A stretch of 64,000 bases of DNA from positions 452,322 through 516,321 of the forward strand of contig QPMI01000040.1 in the NCBI GenBank assembly GCA_004431415.1. The letters are read 5' to 3'. This DNA comes from Cyanophora paradoxa CCMP329. Lineage: Eukaryota; Plantae; Glaucophyta. The notes under the pieces are model-generated. The model did no database searches. It was not told where the DNA came from and saw nothing but the letters and a program-made list of their open reading frames with translations. Numbering within the stretch: the stretch's first letter is position 1; each line of letters begins with the position of its first letter. Position numbers and translations under genes: made by a program. Shown one piece after another: positions 48,001 to 63,000 of the stretch.

Positions 48001-51000
48001 CGTTCAGCCCGCCGTTCGCGTTCAGCAGCCCCGTCGACGTCAGCGTGCCCGTCACCCCGACCATGCCTGTCGCCAGCGCGTTGCCCGAGATATCGACCGC
48101 GAAACGGTTCGACAGCACGTTCAGCCCGCCGTTTGCGTTCACCAGGCCCGCGCTTGACGTCGTCCCGCTCACGCTCGCCGAGCCCAGCACCGTCAGCAGG
48201 CCCGTGCTCGTCACCGTGCCCGTCACTCCCAGGGCGCCCGTAGCCAGCACGTTCCCTGAGGCGTCCACCACGAACTTGTTCGTGCCCACCGCGAGCCCTC
48301 CTTCCATCGAGAACGAGCCCAGCAGCGAGAGGAGGCCCGTGCTCGTCACAGTGCCCGTCACGCCCAGCGATCCGGTCACCAGCGCATTGCCCGAGGCGTC
48401 AACCGCGAAACGGTTCGACAGCACGTTCAGCCCGCCGTTCGCGTTCACCAGGCCCGCGCTGGTGGTGGTCCCCGCCACGCTCGCCGAGCCCAGCACCGTC
48501 AGCAGGCCCGTGCTCGTCACCGTGCCCGTCACGCCCAGCGACCCCGTCGCAAGCGCGTTGCCCGACATGTCCACCACGAACTGATTCCACCTCACGTTCA
48601 GCCCGCCGTTCGCGTTCAGCAGCCCCGTCGACGTCAGCGTGCCCGTCACCCCGACCATGCCTGTCGCCAGCGCGTTGCCCGAGATATCGACCGCGAAACG
48701 GTTCGACAGCACGTTCAGCCCGCCGTTCGCGTTCACCAGGCCCGCGCTTGACGTCGTCCCGCTCACGCTCGCCGAGCCCAGCACCGTCAGCAGGCCCGTG
48801 CTCGTCACCGTGCCCGTCACTCCCAGGGCGCCCGTAGCCAGCACGTTCCCTGAGGCGTCCACCACGAACTTGTTCGTGCCCACCGCGAGCCCTCCTTCCA
48901 TCGAGAACGAGCCCAGAAGCGAGAGGAGGCCCGTGCTCGTCACAGTGCCCGTCACGCCCAGCGATCCGGTCACCAGCGCATTGCCCGAGGCGTCAACCGC
49001 GAAACGGTTCGACAGCACGTTCAGCCCCCCGTTCGCGTTCACCAGGCCCACGCTGGTGGTGGTCCCCGCCACGCTCGCCGAGCCCAGCACCGTCAGCAGG
49101 CCCGTGCTCGTCACCGTGCCCGTCACGCCCAGCGACCCCGTCGCAACCGCGTTGCCCGACATGTCCACCACGAACTGATTCCACCTCACGTTCAGCCCGC
49201 TGTTCGCGTTCAGCAGCCCCGTCGACGTCAGCGTGCCCGTCACCCCGACCATGCCTGTCGCCAGCGCGTTGCCCGAGATATCGACCGCGAAACGGTTCGA
49301 CAGCACGTTCAGCCCGCCGTTCGCGTTCACCAGGCCCGCGCTTGACGTCGTCCCGCTCACGCTCGCCGAGCCCAGCACCGTCAGCAGGCCCGTGCTCGTC
49401 ACCGTGCCCGTCACTCCCAGGGCGCCCGTAGCCAGCACGTTCCCTGAGGCGTCCACCACGAACTTGTTCGTGCCCACCGCGAGCCCTCCTTCCATGGAGA
49501 ACGAGCCCAGCAGCGAGAGGAGGCCCGTGCTCGTCACAGTGCCCGTCACGCCCAGCGATCCGGTCACCAGCGCATTGCCCGAGGCGTCAACCGCGAAACG
49601 GTTCGACAGCACGTTCAGCCCGCCGTTCGCGTTCACCAGGCCCACGCTGGTGGTGGTTCCCGCCACGCTCGCCGAGCCCAGCACCGTCAGCAGGCCCGTG
49701 CTCGTCACCGTGCCCGTCACGCCCAGCGACCCCGTCGCAAGCGCGTTGCCCGACATGTCCACCACGAACTGATTCCACCTCACGTTCAGCCCGCTGTTCG
49801 CGTTCAGCAGCCCCGTCGACGTCAGCGTGCCCGTCACCCCGACCATGCCTGTCGCCAGCGCGTTGCCCGAGATATCGACCGCGAAACGGTTCGACAGCAC
49901 GTTCAGCCCGCCGTTCGCGTTCACCAGGCCAGCGCTTGACGTCGTCCCGCTCACGCTCGCCGAGCCCAGCACCGTCAGCAGGCCCGTGCTGGTTACCGTG
50001 CCCGTCACTCCCAGGGCGCCCGTAGCCCGCACGTTCCCTGAGGCGTCCACCACGAACTTGTTCGTGCCCACCGCGAGCCCTCCTTCCATCGAGAACGAGC
50101 CCAGCAGCGAGAGGAGGCCCGTGCTCGTCACAGTGCCCGTCACGCCCAGCGATCCGGTCACCAGCGCATTGCCCGAGGCGTCAACCGCGAAACGGTTCGA
50201 CAGCACGTTCAGCCCCCCGTTCGCGTTCACCAGGCCCGCGCTGGTGGTGGTCCCCGCCACGCTCGCCGAGCCCAGCACCGTCAGCAGGCCCGTGCTCGTC
50301 ACCGTGCCCGTCACGCCCAGCGACCCCGTCGCAACCGCGTTGCCCGACATGTCCACCACGAACTGATTCCACCTCACGTTCAGCCCGCTGTTCGCGTTCA
50401 GCAGCCCCGTCGACGTCAGCGTGCCCGTCACCCCGACCATGCCTGTCGCCAGCGCGTTGCCCGAGATATCGACCGCGAAACGGTTCGACAGCACGTTCAG
50501 CCCGCCGTTCGCGTTCACCAGGCCAGCGCTTGACGTCGTCCCGCTCACGCTCGCCGAGCCCAGCACCGTCAGCAGGCCCGTGCTGGTTACCGTGCCCGTC
50601 ACTCCCAGGGCGCCCGTAGCCCGCACGTTCCCTGAGGCGTCCACCACGAACTTGTTCGTGCCCACCGCGAGCCCTCCTTCCATCGAGAACGAGCCCAGCA
50701 GCGAGAGGAGGCCCGTGCTCGTCACAGTGCCCGTCACGCCCAGCGATCCGGTCACCAGCGCATTGCCCGAGGCGTCAACCGCGAAACGGTTCGACAGCAC
50801 GTTCAGCCCCCCGTTCGCGTTCACCAGGCCCGCGCTGGTGGTGGTCCCCGCCACGCTCGCCGAGCCCAGCACCGTCAGCAGGCCCGTGCTCGTCACAGTG
50901 CCCGTCACGCCCAGCGACCCCGTCGCAAGCGCGTTGCCCGACATGTCCACCACGAACTGATTCCACCTCACGTTCAGCCCGCCGTTCGCGTTCAGCAGCC

Positions 51001-54000
51001 CCGTCGACGTCAGCGTGCCCGTCACCCCGACCATGCCTGTCGCCAGCGCGTTGCCCGAGATATCGACCGCGAAACGGTTCGACAGCACGTTCAGCCCGCC
51101 GTTCGCGTTCACCAGGCCAGCGCTTGACGTCGTCCCGCTCACGCTCGCCGAGCCCAGCACCGTCAGCAGGCCCGTGCTCGTCACCGTGCCCGTCACTCCC
51201 AGGGCGCCCGTAGCCAGCACGTTCCCTGAGGCGTCCACCACGAACTTGTTCGTGCCCACCGCGAGCCCTCCTTCCATCGAGAACGAGCCCAGCAGCGAGA
51301 GGAGGCCCGTGCTCGTCACAGTGCCCGTCACGCCCAGCGATCCGGTCACCAGCGCATTGCCCGAGGCGTCAACCGCGAAACGGTTCGACAGCACGTTCAG
51401 CCCCCCGTTCGCGTTCACCAGGCCCGCGCTGGTGGTGGTCCCCGCCACGCTCGCCGAGCCCAGCACCGTCAGCAGGCCCGTGCTCGTCACCGTGCCCGTC
51501 ACGCCCAGCGACCCCGTCGCAAGCGCGTTGCCCGACATGTCCACCACGAACTGATTCCACCTCACGTTCAGCCCGCCGTTCGCGTTCAGCAGCCCCGTCG
51601 ACGTCAGCGTGCCCGTCACCCCGACCATGCCTGTCGCCAGCGCGTTGCCCGAGATATCGACCGCGAAACGGTTCGACAGCACGTTCAGCCCGCCGTTCGC
51701 GTTCACCAGGCCAGCGCTTGACGTCGTCCCGCTCACGCTCGCCGAGCCCAGCACCGTCAGCAGGCCCGTGCTGGTTACCGTGCCCGTCACTCCCAGGGCG
51801 CCCGTAGCCAGCACGTTCCCTGAGGCGTCCACCACGAACTTGTTCGTGCCCACCGCGAGCCCTCCTTCCATCGAGAACGAGCCCAGCAGCGAGAGGAGGC
51901 CCGTGCTCGTCACAGTGCCCGTCACGCCCAGCGATCCGGTCACCAGCGCATTGCCCGAGGCGTCAACCGCGAAACGGTTCGACAGCACGTTCAGCCCGCC
52001 GTTCGCGTTCACCAGGCCCGCGCTGGTGGTGGTCCCCGCCACGCTCGCCGAGCCCAGCACCGTCAGCAGGCCCGTGCTCGTCACCGTGCCCGTGACACCC
52101 AGCGACCCCGTCGCAAGCACGTTGCCCGACATGTCCACCACGAACTGATTCCACCTCACGTTCAGCCCGCCGTTCGCGTTCAGCAGCCCCGTCGACGTCA
52201 GCGTGCCCGTCACCCCGACCATGCCTGTCGCCAGCGCGTTGCCCGAGATATCGACCGCGAAACGGTTCGACAGCACGTTCAGCCCGCCGTTCGCGTTCAC
52301 CAGGCCAGCGCTTGACGTCGTCCCGCTCACGCTCGCCGAGCCCAGCACCGTCAGCAGGCCCGTGCTCGTCACCGTGCCCGTCACTCCCAGGGCGCCCGTA
52401 GCCAGCACGTTCCCTGAGGCGTCCACCACGAACTTGTTCGTGCCCACCGCGAGCCCTCCTTCCATCGAGAACGAGCCCAGCAGCGAGAGGAGGCCCGTGC
52501 TCGTCACAGTGCCCGTCACGCCCAGCAATCCGGTCACCAGCGCATTGCCCGAGGCGTCAACCGCGAAACGGTTCGACAGCACGTTCAGCCCCCCGTTCGC
52601 GTTCACCAGGCCCGCGCTGGTGGTGGTCCCCGCCACGCTCGCCGAGCCCAGCACCGTCAGCAGGCCCGTGCTCGTCACCGTGCCCGTCACGCCCAGCGAC
52701 CCCGTCGCAAGCGCGTTGCCCGACATGTCCACCACGAACTGATTCCACCTCACGTTCAGCCCGCCGTTCGCGTTCAGCAGCCCCGTCGACGTCAGCGTGC
52801 CCGTCACCCCGACCATGCCTGTCGCCAGCGCGTTGCCCGAGATATCGACCGCGAAACGGTTCGACAGCACGTTCAGCCCGCCGTTCGCGTTCACCAGGCC
52901 CGCGCTTGACGTCGTCCCGCTCACGCTCGCCGAGCCCAGCACCGTCAGCAGGCCCGTGCTGGTTACCGTGCCCGTCACTCCCAGGGCGCCCGTAGCCAGC
53001 ACGTTCCCTGAGGCGTCCACCACGAACTTGTTCGTGCCCACCGCGAGCCCTCCTTCCATCGAGAACGAGCCCAGCAGCGAGAGGAGGCCCGTGCTCGTCA
53101 CAGTGCCCGTCACGCCCAGCGATCCGGTCACCAGCGCATTGCCCGAGGCGTCAACCGCGAAACGGTTCGACAGCACGTTCAGCCCGCCGTTCGCGTTCAC
53201 CAGGCCCGCGCTGGTGGTGGTCCCCGCCACGCTCGCCGAGCCCAGCACCGTCAGCAGGCCCGTGCTCGTCACCGTGCCCGTGACACCCAGCGACCCCGTC
53301 GCAAGCACGTTGCCCGACATGTCCACCACGAACTGATTCCACCTCACGTTCAGCCCGCCGTTCGCGTTCAGCAGCCCCGTCGACGTCAGCGTGCCCGTCA
53401 CCCCGACCATGCCTGTCGCCAGCGCGTTGCCCGAGATATCGACCGCGAAACGGTTCGACAGCACGTTCAGCCCGCCGTTTGCGTTCACCAGGCCCGCGCT
53501 TGACGTCGTCCCGCTCACGCTCGCCGAGCCCAGCACCGTCAGCAGGCCCGTGCTGGTCACCGTGCCCGTCACTCCCAGGGCGCCCGTAGCCAGCACGTTC
53601 CCTGAGGCGTCCACCACGAACTTGTTCGTGCCCACCGCGAGCCCTCCTTCCATCGAGAACGAGCCCAGCAGCGAGAGGAGGCCCGTGCTCGTCACAGTGC
53701 CCGTCACGCCCAGCGATCCGGTCACCAGCGCATTGCCCGAGGCGTCAACCGCGAAACGGTTCGACAGCACGTTCAGCCCCCCGTTCGCGTTCACCAGGCC
53801 CGCGCTGGTGGTGGTTCCCGCCACGCTCGCCGAGCCCAGCACCGTCAGCAGGCCCGTGCTCGTCACCGTGCCCGTCACGCCCAGCGACCCCGTCGCAAGC
53901 GCGTTGCCCGACATGTCCACCACGAACTGATTCCACCTCACGTTCAGCCCGCTGTTCGCGTTCAGCAGCCCCGTCGACGTCAGCGTGCCCGTCACCCCGA

Positions 54001-57000
54001 CCATGCCTGTCGCCAGCGCGTTGCCCGAGATATCGACCGCGAAACGGTTCGACAGCACGTTCAGCCCGCCGTTCGCGTTCACCAGGCCAGCGCTTGACGT
54101 CGTCCCGCTCACGCTCGCCGAGCCCAGCACCGTCAGCAGGCCCGTGCTGGTTACCGTGCCCGTCACTCCCAGGGCGCCCGTAGCCCGCACGTTCCCTGAG
54201 GCGTCCACCACGAACTTGTTCGTGCCCACCGCGAGCCCTTCTTCCATCGAGAACGAGCCCAGCAGCGAGAGGAGGCCCGTGCTCGTCACAGTGCCCGTCA
54301 CGCCCAGCGATCCGGTCACCAGCGCATTGCCCGAGGCGTCAACCGCGAAACGGTTCGACAGCACGTTCAGCCCGCCGTTCGCGTTCACCAGGCCCGCGCT
54401 GGTGGTGGTCCCCGCCACGCTCGCCGAGCCCAGCACCGTCAGCAGGCCCGTGCTCGTCACCGTGCCCGTGACACCCAGCGACCCCGTCGCAAGCACGTTG
54501 CCCGACATGTCCACCACGAACTGATTCCACCTCACGTTCAGCCGCCGTTCGCGTTCAGCAGCCCCGTCGACGTCAGCGTGCCCGTCACCCCGACCATGCT
54601 GTCGCCAGCGCGTTGCCCGAGATATCGACCGCGAAACGGTTCGACAGCACGTTCAGCCGCCGTTCGCGTTCACCAGGCCAGCGCTTGACGTCGTCCCGCT
54701 CACGCTCGCCGAGCCCAGCACCGTCAGCAGGCCCGTGCTCGTCACCGTGCCGTCACTCCAGGGCGCCCGTAGCCAGCACGTTCCCTGAGGCGTCCACCAC
54801 GAACTTGTTCGTGCCCACCGCGAGCCTCCTTCCATCGAGAACGAGCCCAGCAGCGAGAGGAGGCCCGTGCTCGTCACAGTGCCCGTCACGCCCAGCGATC
54901 CGGTCACCAGCGCATTGCCCGAGGCGTCAACCGCGAAACGGTTCGACAGCACGTTCAGCCCCCCGTTCGCGTTCACCAGGCCCGCGCTGTGGTGGTCCCC
55001 GCCACGCTCGCCGAGCCAGCACCGTCAGCAGGCCCGTGCTCGTCACCGTGCCCGTGGCACCCAGCGACCCCGTCGCAAGCGCGTTGCCCGACATGTCCAC
55101 CACGAACTGATTCCACCTCACGTTCAGCCCGCCGTTCGCGTTCAGCAGCCCCGTCGACGTCAGCGTGCCCGTCACCCCGACCATGCCTGTCGCCAGCGCG
55201 TTGCCCGAGATATCGACCGCGAAACGGTTCGACAGCACGTTCAGCCGCCGTTCGCGTTCACCAGGCCAGCGCTTGACGTCGTCCCGCTCACGCTCGCCGA
55301 GCCAGCACCGTCAGCAGGCCCGTGCTCGTCACCGTGCCCGTCACTCCCAGGGCGCCCGTAGCCAGCACGTTCCCTGAGGCGTCCACCACGAACTTGTTCG
55401 TGCCCACCGCGAGCCTCCTTCCATCGAGAACGAGCCCAGCAGCGAGAGGAGGCCCGTGCTCGTCACAGTGCCCGTCACGCCCAGCGATCCGGTCACCAGC
55501 GCATTGCCCGAGGCGTCAACCGCGAAACGGTTCGACAGCACGTTCAGCCCCCGTTCGCGTTCACCAGGCCGCGCTGGTGGTGGTCCCCGCCACGCTCGCC
55601 GAGCCCAGCACCGTCAGCAGGCCCGTGCTCGTCACCGTGCCCGTCACCCAGCGACCCCGTCGCAAGCACGTTGCCCGACATGTCCACCACGAACTGATTC
55701 CACCTCACGTTCAGCCCGCCGTTCGCGTTCAGCAGCCCCGTCGACGTCAGCGTGCCCGTCACCCCGACCATGCCTGTCGCCAGCGCGTTGCCCGAGATAT
55801 CGACCGCGAAACGGTTCGACAGCACGTTCAGCCCGCCGTTTGCGTTCACCAGGCCCGCGCTTGACGTCGTCCCGCTCACGCTCGCCGAGCCCAGCACCGT
55901 GAGCAGGCCCGTGCTCGTCACCGTGCCCGTCACTCCCAGGGCGCCCGTAGCCAGCACGTTCCCTGAGGCGTCCACCACGAACTTGTTCGTGCCCACCGCG
56001 AGCCCTCCTTCCATCGAGAACGAGCCAGCAGCGAGAGGAGGCCCGTGCTCGTCACAGTGCCCGTCACGCCCAGCGATCCGGTCACCAGCGCATTGCCCGA
56101 GGCGTCAACCGCGAAACGGTTCGACAGCACGTTCAGCCCCCGTTCGCGTTCACAGGCCCGCGCTGGTGGTGGTCCCCGCCACGCTCGCCGAGCCCAGCAC
56201 CGTCAGCAGGCCCGTGCTCGTCACCGTGCCGTCACGCCCAGCGACCCCGTCGCAACGCGTTGCCCGACATGTCCACCACGAACTGATTCCACCTCACGTT
56301 CAGCCCGCCGTTCGCGTTCAGCAGCCCCGTCGACGTCAGCGTGCCCGTCACCCCGACCATGCCTGTCGCCAGCGCGTTGCCCGAGATATCGACCGCGAAA
56401 CGGTTCGACAGCACGTTCAGCCCGCCGTTCGCGTTCACCAGGCCCGCGCTTGACGTCGTCCCGCTCACGCTCGCCGAGCCCAGCACCGTCAGCAGGCCCG
56501 TGCTCGTCACCGTGCCCGTCACTCCCAGGGCGCCCGTAGCCAGCACGTTCCCTGAGGCGTCCACCACGAACTTGTTCGTGCCCACCGCGAGCCCTCCTTC
56601 CATCGAGAACGAGCCCAGCAGCGAGAGGAGGCCCGTGCTCGTCACAGTGCCCGTCACGCCCAGCGATCCGGTCACCAGCGCATTGCCCGAGGCGTCAACC
56701 GCGAAACGGTTCGACAGCACGTTCAGCCCCCCGTTCGCGTTCACCAGGCCCGCGCTGGTGGTGTCCCGCCACGCTCGCCGAGCCCAGCACCGTCAGCAGG
56801 CCCGTGCTCGTCACCGTGCCCGTCACGCCCAGCGACCCCGTCGCAAGCGCGTTGCCCGACATGTCCACCACGAACTGATTCCACCTCACGTTCAGCCCAC
56901 CGTTCGCGTTCAGCAGCCCCGTCGACGTCAGCGTGCCCGTCACCCCGACCATGCCTGTCGCCAGCGCGTTGCCCGAGATATCGACCGCGAAACGGTTCGA

Positions 57001-60000
57001 CAGCACGTTCAGCCCGCCGTTTGCGTTCACCAGGCCAGCGCTTGACGTCGTCCCGCTCACGCTCGCCGAGCCCAGCACCGTCAGCAGGCCCGTGCTCGTC
57101 ACCGTGCCCGTCACTCCCAGGGCGCCCGTAGCCAGCACGTTCCCTGAGGCGTCCACCACGAACTTGTTCGTGCCCACCGCGAGCCCTCCTTCCATCGAGA
57201 ACGAGCCCAGCAGCGAGAGGAGGCCCGTGCTCGTCACAGTGCCCGTCACGCCCAGCGATCCGGTCACCAGCGCATTGCCCGAGGCGTCAACCGCGAAACG
57301 GTTCGACAGCACGTTCAGCCCCCCGTTCGCGTTCACCAGGCCCGCGCTGGTGGTGGTCCCCGCCACGCTCGCCGAGCCCAGCACCGTCAGCAGGCCCGTG
57401 CTCGTCACCGTGCCCGTCACGCCCAGCGACCCCGTCGCAAGCGCGTTGCCCGACATGTCCACCACGAACTGATTCCACCTCACGTTCAGCCCGCTGTTCG
57501 CGTTCAGCAGCCCCGTCGACGTCAGCGTGCCCGTCACCCCGACCATGCCTGTCGCCAGCGCGTTGCCCGAGATATCGACCGCGAAACGGTTCGACAGCAC
57601 GTTCAGCCCGCCGTTCGCGTTCACCAGGCCCGCGCTTGACGTCGTCCCGCTCACGCTCGCCGAGCCCAGCACCGTCAGCAGGCCCGTGCTCGTCACCGTG
57701 CCCGTCACTCCCAGGGCGCCCGTAGCCAGCACGTTCCCTGAGGCGTCCACCACGAACTTGTTCATGCCCACCGCGAGCCCTCCTTCCATCGAGAACGAGC
57801 CCAGCAGCGAGAGGAGGCCCGTGCTCGTCACAGTGCCCGTCACGCCCAGCGATCCGGTCACCAGCGCATTGCCCGAGGCGTCAACCGCGAAACGGTTCGA
57901 CAGCACGTTCAGCCCGCCGTTCGCGTTCACCAGGCCGCGCTGGTGGTGGTCCCCGCCACGCTCGCCGAGCCCAGCACCGTCAGCAGGCCGTGCTCGTCAC
58001 CGTGCCCGTCACGCCCAGCGACCCCGTCGCAAGCGCGTTGCCCGACATGTCCACCACGAACTGATTCCACCTCACGTTCAGCCCGCTGTTCGCGTTCAGC
58101 AGCCCGTCGACGTCAGCGTGCCCGTCACCCCGACCATGCCTGTCGCCAGCGCGTTGCCCGAGATATCGACCGCGAAACGGTTCGACAGCACGTTCAGCCC
58201 GCCGTTCGCGTTCACCAGGCCGCGCTTGACGTCGTCCCGCTCACGCTCGCCGAGCCCAGCACCGTCAGCAGGCCCGTGCTGGTTACCGTGCCCGTCACTC
58301 CCAGGGCGCCCGTAGCCCGCACGTTCCCTGAGGCGTCCACCACGAACTTGTTCGTGCCCACCGCGAGCCCTCCTTCCATCGAGAACGAGCCCAGCAGCGA
58401 GAGGAGGCCCGTGCTCGTCACAGTGCCCGTCACGCCCAGCGATCCGGTCACCAGCGCATTGCCCGAGGCGTCAACCGCGAAACGGTTCGACAGCACGTTC
58501 AGCCCGCCGTTCGCGTTCACCAGGCCCGCGCTGGTGGTGGTCCCCGCCACGCTCGCCGAGCCCAGCACCGTCAGCAGGCCCGTGCTCGTCACCGTGCCCG
58601 TCACGCCCAGCGACCCCGTCGCAAGCGCGTTGCCCGACATGTCCACCACGAACTGATTCCACCTCACGTTCAGCCCACCGTTCGCGTTCAGCAGCCCCGT
58701 CGACGTCAGCGTGCCCGTCACCCCGACCATGCCTGTCGCCAGCGCGTTGCCCGAGATATCGACCGCGAAACGGTTCGACAGCACGTTCAGCCCGCCGTTT
58801 GCGTTCACCAGGCCCGCGCTTGACGTCGTCCCGCTCACGCTCGCCGAGCCCAGCACCGTCAGCAGGCCCGTGCTCGTCACCGTGCCCGTCACTCCCAGGG
58901 CGCCCGTAGCCAGCACGTTCCCTGAGGCGTCCACCACGAACTTGTTCGTGCCCACCGCGAGCCCTCCTTCCATCGAGAACGAGCCCAGCAGCGAGAGGAG
59001 GCCCGTGCTCGTCACAGTGCCCGTCACGCCCAGCGATCCGGTCACCAGCGCATTGCCCGAGGCGTCAACCGCGAAACGGTTCGACAGCACGTTCAGCCCC
59101 CCGTTCGCGTTCACCAGGCCCGCGCTGGTGGTGGTCCCCGCCACGCTCGCCGAGCCCAGCACCGTCAGCAGGCCCGTGCTCGTCACCGTGCCCGTCACGC
59201 CCAGCGACCCCGTCGCAAGCGCGTTGCCCGACATGTCCACCACGAACTGATTCCACCTCACGTTCAGCCCGCTGTTCGCGTTCAGCAGCCCCGTCGACGT
59301 CAGCGTGCCCGTCACCCCGACCATGCCTGTCGCCAGCGCGTTGCCCGAGATATCGACCGCGAAACGGTTCGACAGCACGTTCAGCCCGCCGTTCGCGTTC
59401 ACCAGGCCCGCGCTTGACGTCGTCCCGCTCACGCTCGCCGAGCCCAGCACCGTCAGCAGGCCCGTGCTCGTCACCGTGCCCGTCACTCCCAGGGCGCCCG
59501 TAGCCAGCACGTTCCCTGAGGCGTCCACCACGAACTTGTTCATGCCCACGCGAGCCCTCCTTCCATCGAGAACGAGCCCAGCAGCGAGAGGAGGCCCGTG
59601 CTCGTCACAGTGCCCGTCACGCCCAGCGATCCGGTCACCAGCGCATTGCCCGAGGCGTCAACCGCGAAACGGTTCGACAGCACGTTCAGCCCGCCGTTCG
59701 CGTTCACCAGGCCCGCGCTGGTGGTGGTCCCGCCACGCTCGCCGAGCCCAGCACCGTCAGCAGGCCCGTGCTCGTCACCGTGCCCGTCACGCCCAGCGAC
59801 CCCGTCGCAAGCGCGTTGCCCGACATGTCCAACACGAACTGATTCCACCTCACGTTCAGCCCGCTGTTCGCGTTCAGCAGCCCCGTCGACGTCAGCGTGC
59901 CCGTCACCCCGACCATGCCTGTCGCCAGCGCGTTGCCCGAGATATCGACCGCGAAACGGTTCGACAGCACGTTCAGCCCGCCGTTCGCGTTCACCAGGCC

Positions 60001-63000
60001 CGCGCTTGACGTCGTCCCGCTCACGCTCGCCGAGCCCAGCACCGTCAGCAGGCCCGTGCTGGTCACCGTGCCCGTCACTCCCAGGGCGCCCGTAGCCAGC
60101 ACGTTCCCTGAGGCGTCCACCACGAACTTGTTCATGCCCACCGCGAGCCCTCCTTCCATCGAGAACGAGCCCAGCAGCGAGAGGAGGCCCGTGCTCGTCA
60201 CAGTGCCCGTCACGCCCAGCGATCCGGTCACCAGCGCATTGCCCGAGGCGTCAACCGCGAAACGGTTCGACAGCACGTTCAGCCCGCCGTTCGCGTTCAC
60301 CAGGCCCGCGCTGGTGGTGGTCCCCGCCACGCTCGCCGAGCCCAGCACCGTCAGCAGGCCCGTGCTCGTCACCGTGCCCGTCACGCCCAGCGACCCCGTC
60401 GCAAGCGCGTTGCCCGACATGTCCACCACGAACTGATTCCACCTCACGTTCAGCCCGCTGTTCGCGTTCAGCAGCCCCGTCGACGTCAGCGTGCCCGTCA
60501 CCCCGACCATGCCTGTCGCCAGCGCGTTGCCCGAGATATCGACCGCGAAACGGTTCGACAGCACGTTCAGCCCGCCGTTCGCGTTCACCAGGCCCGCGCT
60601 TGACGTCGTCCCGCTCACGCTCGCCGAGCCCAGCACCGTCAGCAGGCCCGTGCTCGTCACCGTGCCCGTCACTCCCAGGGCGCCCGTAGCCAGCACGTTC
60701 CCTGAGGCGTCCACCACGAACTTGTTCATGCCCACCGCGAGCCCTCCTTCCATCGAGAACGAGCCCAGCAGCGAGAGGAGGCCCGTGCTCGTCACAGTGC
60801 CCGTCACGCCCAGCGATCCGGTCACCAGCGCATTGCCCGAGGCGTCAACCGCGAAACGGTTCGACAGCACGTTCAGCCCCCCGTTCGCGTTCACCAGGCC
60901 CGCGCTGGTGGTGGTCCCCGCCACGCTCGCCGAGCCCAGCACCGTCAGCAGGCCCGTGCTCGTCACCGTGCCCGTCACGCCCAGCGACCCCGTCGCAAGC
61001 GCGTTGCCGACATGTCCACCACGAACTGATTCCACCTCACGTTCAGCCCGCTGTTCGCGTTCAGCAGCCCCGTCGACGTCAGCGTGCCCGTCACCCCGAC
61101 CATGCCTGTCGCCAGCGCGTTGCCCGAGATATCGACCGCGAAACGGTTCGACAGCACGTTCAGCCCGCCGTTCGCGTTCACCAGGCCCGCGCTTGACGTC
61201 GTCCCGCTCACGCTCGCCGAGCCCAGCACCGTCAGCAGGCCCGTGCTCGTCACCGTGCCCGTCACTCCCAGGGCGCCCGTAGCCAGCACGTTCCCTGAGG
61301 CGTCCACCACGAACTTGTTCATGCCCACCGCGAGCCCTCCTTCCATCGAGAACGAGCCCAGCAGCGAGAGGAGGCCCGTGCTCGTCACAGTGCCCGTCAC
61401 GCCCAGCGATCCGGTCACCAGCGCATTGCCCGAGGCGTCAACCGCGAAACGGTTCGACAGCACGTTCAGCCCGCCGTTCGCGTTCACCAGGCCCGCGCTG
61501 GTGGTGGTCCCCGCCACGCTCGCCGAGCCCAGCACCGTCAGCAGGCCCGTGCTCGTCACCGTGCCCGTCACTCCCAGGGCGCCCGTAGCTAGCACGTTTC
61601 CTGAGGCGTCCACCACGAACTTGTTCGTGCCTACCGACAACCCGCCTTCAATAGAGAACGACCCAAGCACCGTCAGCAGGCCCGTGCTCGTCACCGTGCC
61701 CGTGACACCCAGCGACCCCGTTGCGAGCACGTTGCCCGACATGTCCACCACGAACTGGTTCCACCTCACGTTCAGCCCGCCGTTCGCGTTCAGCAGCCCC
61801 GTCGACGTCACGGTCCCCGTCACCCCGACCATGCCCGTCGCCAGCGTGTTGCCCGAGATATCGATGCTAAGCTGGTTCCACCTCACGTTCAGCCCGCCGT
61901 TCGCGTTCAGCAGCCCCGTCGACGTCACGGTCCCCGTCACCCCGACCATGCCCGTCGCCAGCGTGTTGCCCGACATGTCCACCACGAACTGATTCCACCT
62001 CACGTTCAGCCCGCCGTTCGCGTTCAGCAGCCCCGTCGACGTCACGGTCCCCGTTACCCCGACCATGCCCGTCGCCAGCGTGTTGCCCGACATGTCCACC
62101 ACAAATTGATTCCACCTCACGTTCAACCCGCCGTTTGCGTTCAGCAGCCCCGTCGACGTCACGGTCCCCGTCACCCCGACCATGCCCGTCGCCAGCGTGT
62201 TGCCCGACATATCAACAACGAACTGATTCCACCTCACGTTCAGCCCGCCGTTCGCGTTCAGCAGCCCCGTCGACGTCACGGTCCCCGTCACCCCGACCAT
62301 GCCCGTCGCCAGCGTGTTGCCCGACATATCGATGCTAAGCTGGTTCCACCTCACGTTCAGCCCGCCGTTCGCGTTCAGCAGCCCCGTCGACGTCACGGTC
62401 CCCGTCACCCCGACCATGCCCGTCGCCAGCGTGTTGCCTGATAGGTCGACGCTAAAGTGGTTCCACCTCACGTTCAGCCCGCCGTTCGCGTTCAGCAGCC
62501 CCGTCGACGTCACGGTCCCCGTTACCCCGACCATGCCCGTCGCCAGCGTGTTGCCGGACATGTCCACCACAAATTGATTCCACCTCACGTTCAGCCCGCC
62601 GTTCGCGTTCAGCAGCCCCGTCGACGTCACGGTCCCCGTTACCCCGACCATGCCCGTCGCCAGCGTGTTGCCCGACATGTCCACCACAAATTGATTCCAC
62701 CTCACGTTCAACCCGCCGTTTGCGTTCAGCAGCCCCGTCGACGTCACGGTCCCCGTCACCCGGACCATGCCCGTCGCCAGCGTGTTGCCCGACATATCAA
62801 CAACGAACTGATTCCACCTCACGTTCAGCCCGCCGTTCGCGTTCAGCAGCCCCGTTGACGTCACGGTCCCCGTCATCCCCACCATGCCCGTCGCCAGCGT
62901 GTTGCCCGAGATATCGATGCTAAGCTGGTTCCACCTCACGTTCAGCCCGCCGTTCGCGTTCAGCAGCCCCGTCGACGTCACGGTCCCCGTCACCCCGACC

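Noticed and set aside
54536-61010. Pseudogene or several separate genes in the repeat array
   Set aside because: Homopolymer deletions in near-identical repeats point to sequencing error; 6,025 intact codons lie downstream.
36576-62000. Long antisense ORFs (2,357 aa, 631 aa, many 179 aa) opposite the giant gene
   Set aside because: Shadow frame of a repetitive CDS: stops arise mainly where sense AAT-CAG or ACT-CAG occurs, so they recur with the repeat period. There is no independent coding evidence.
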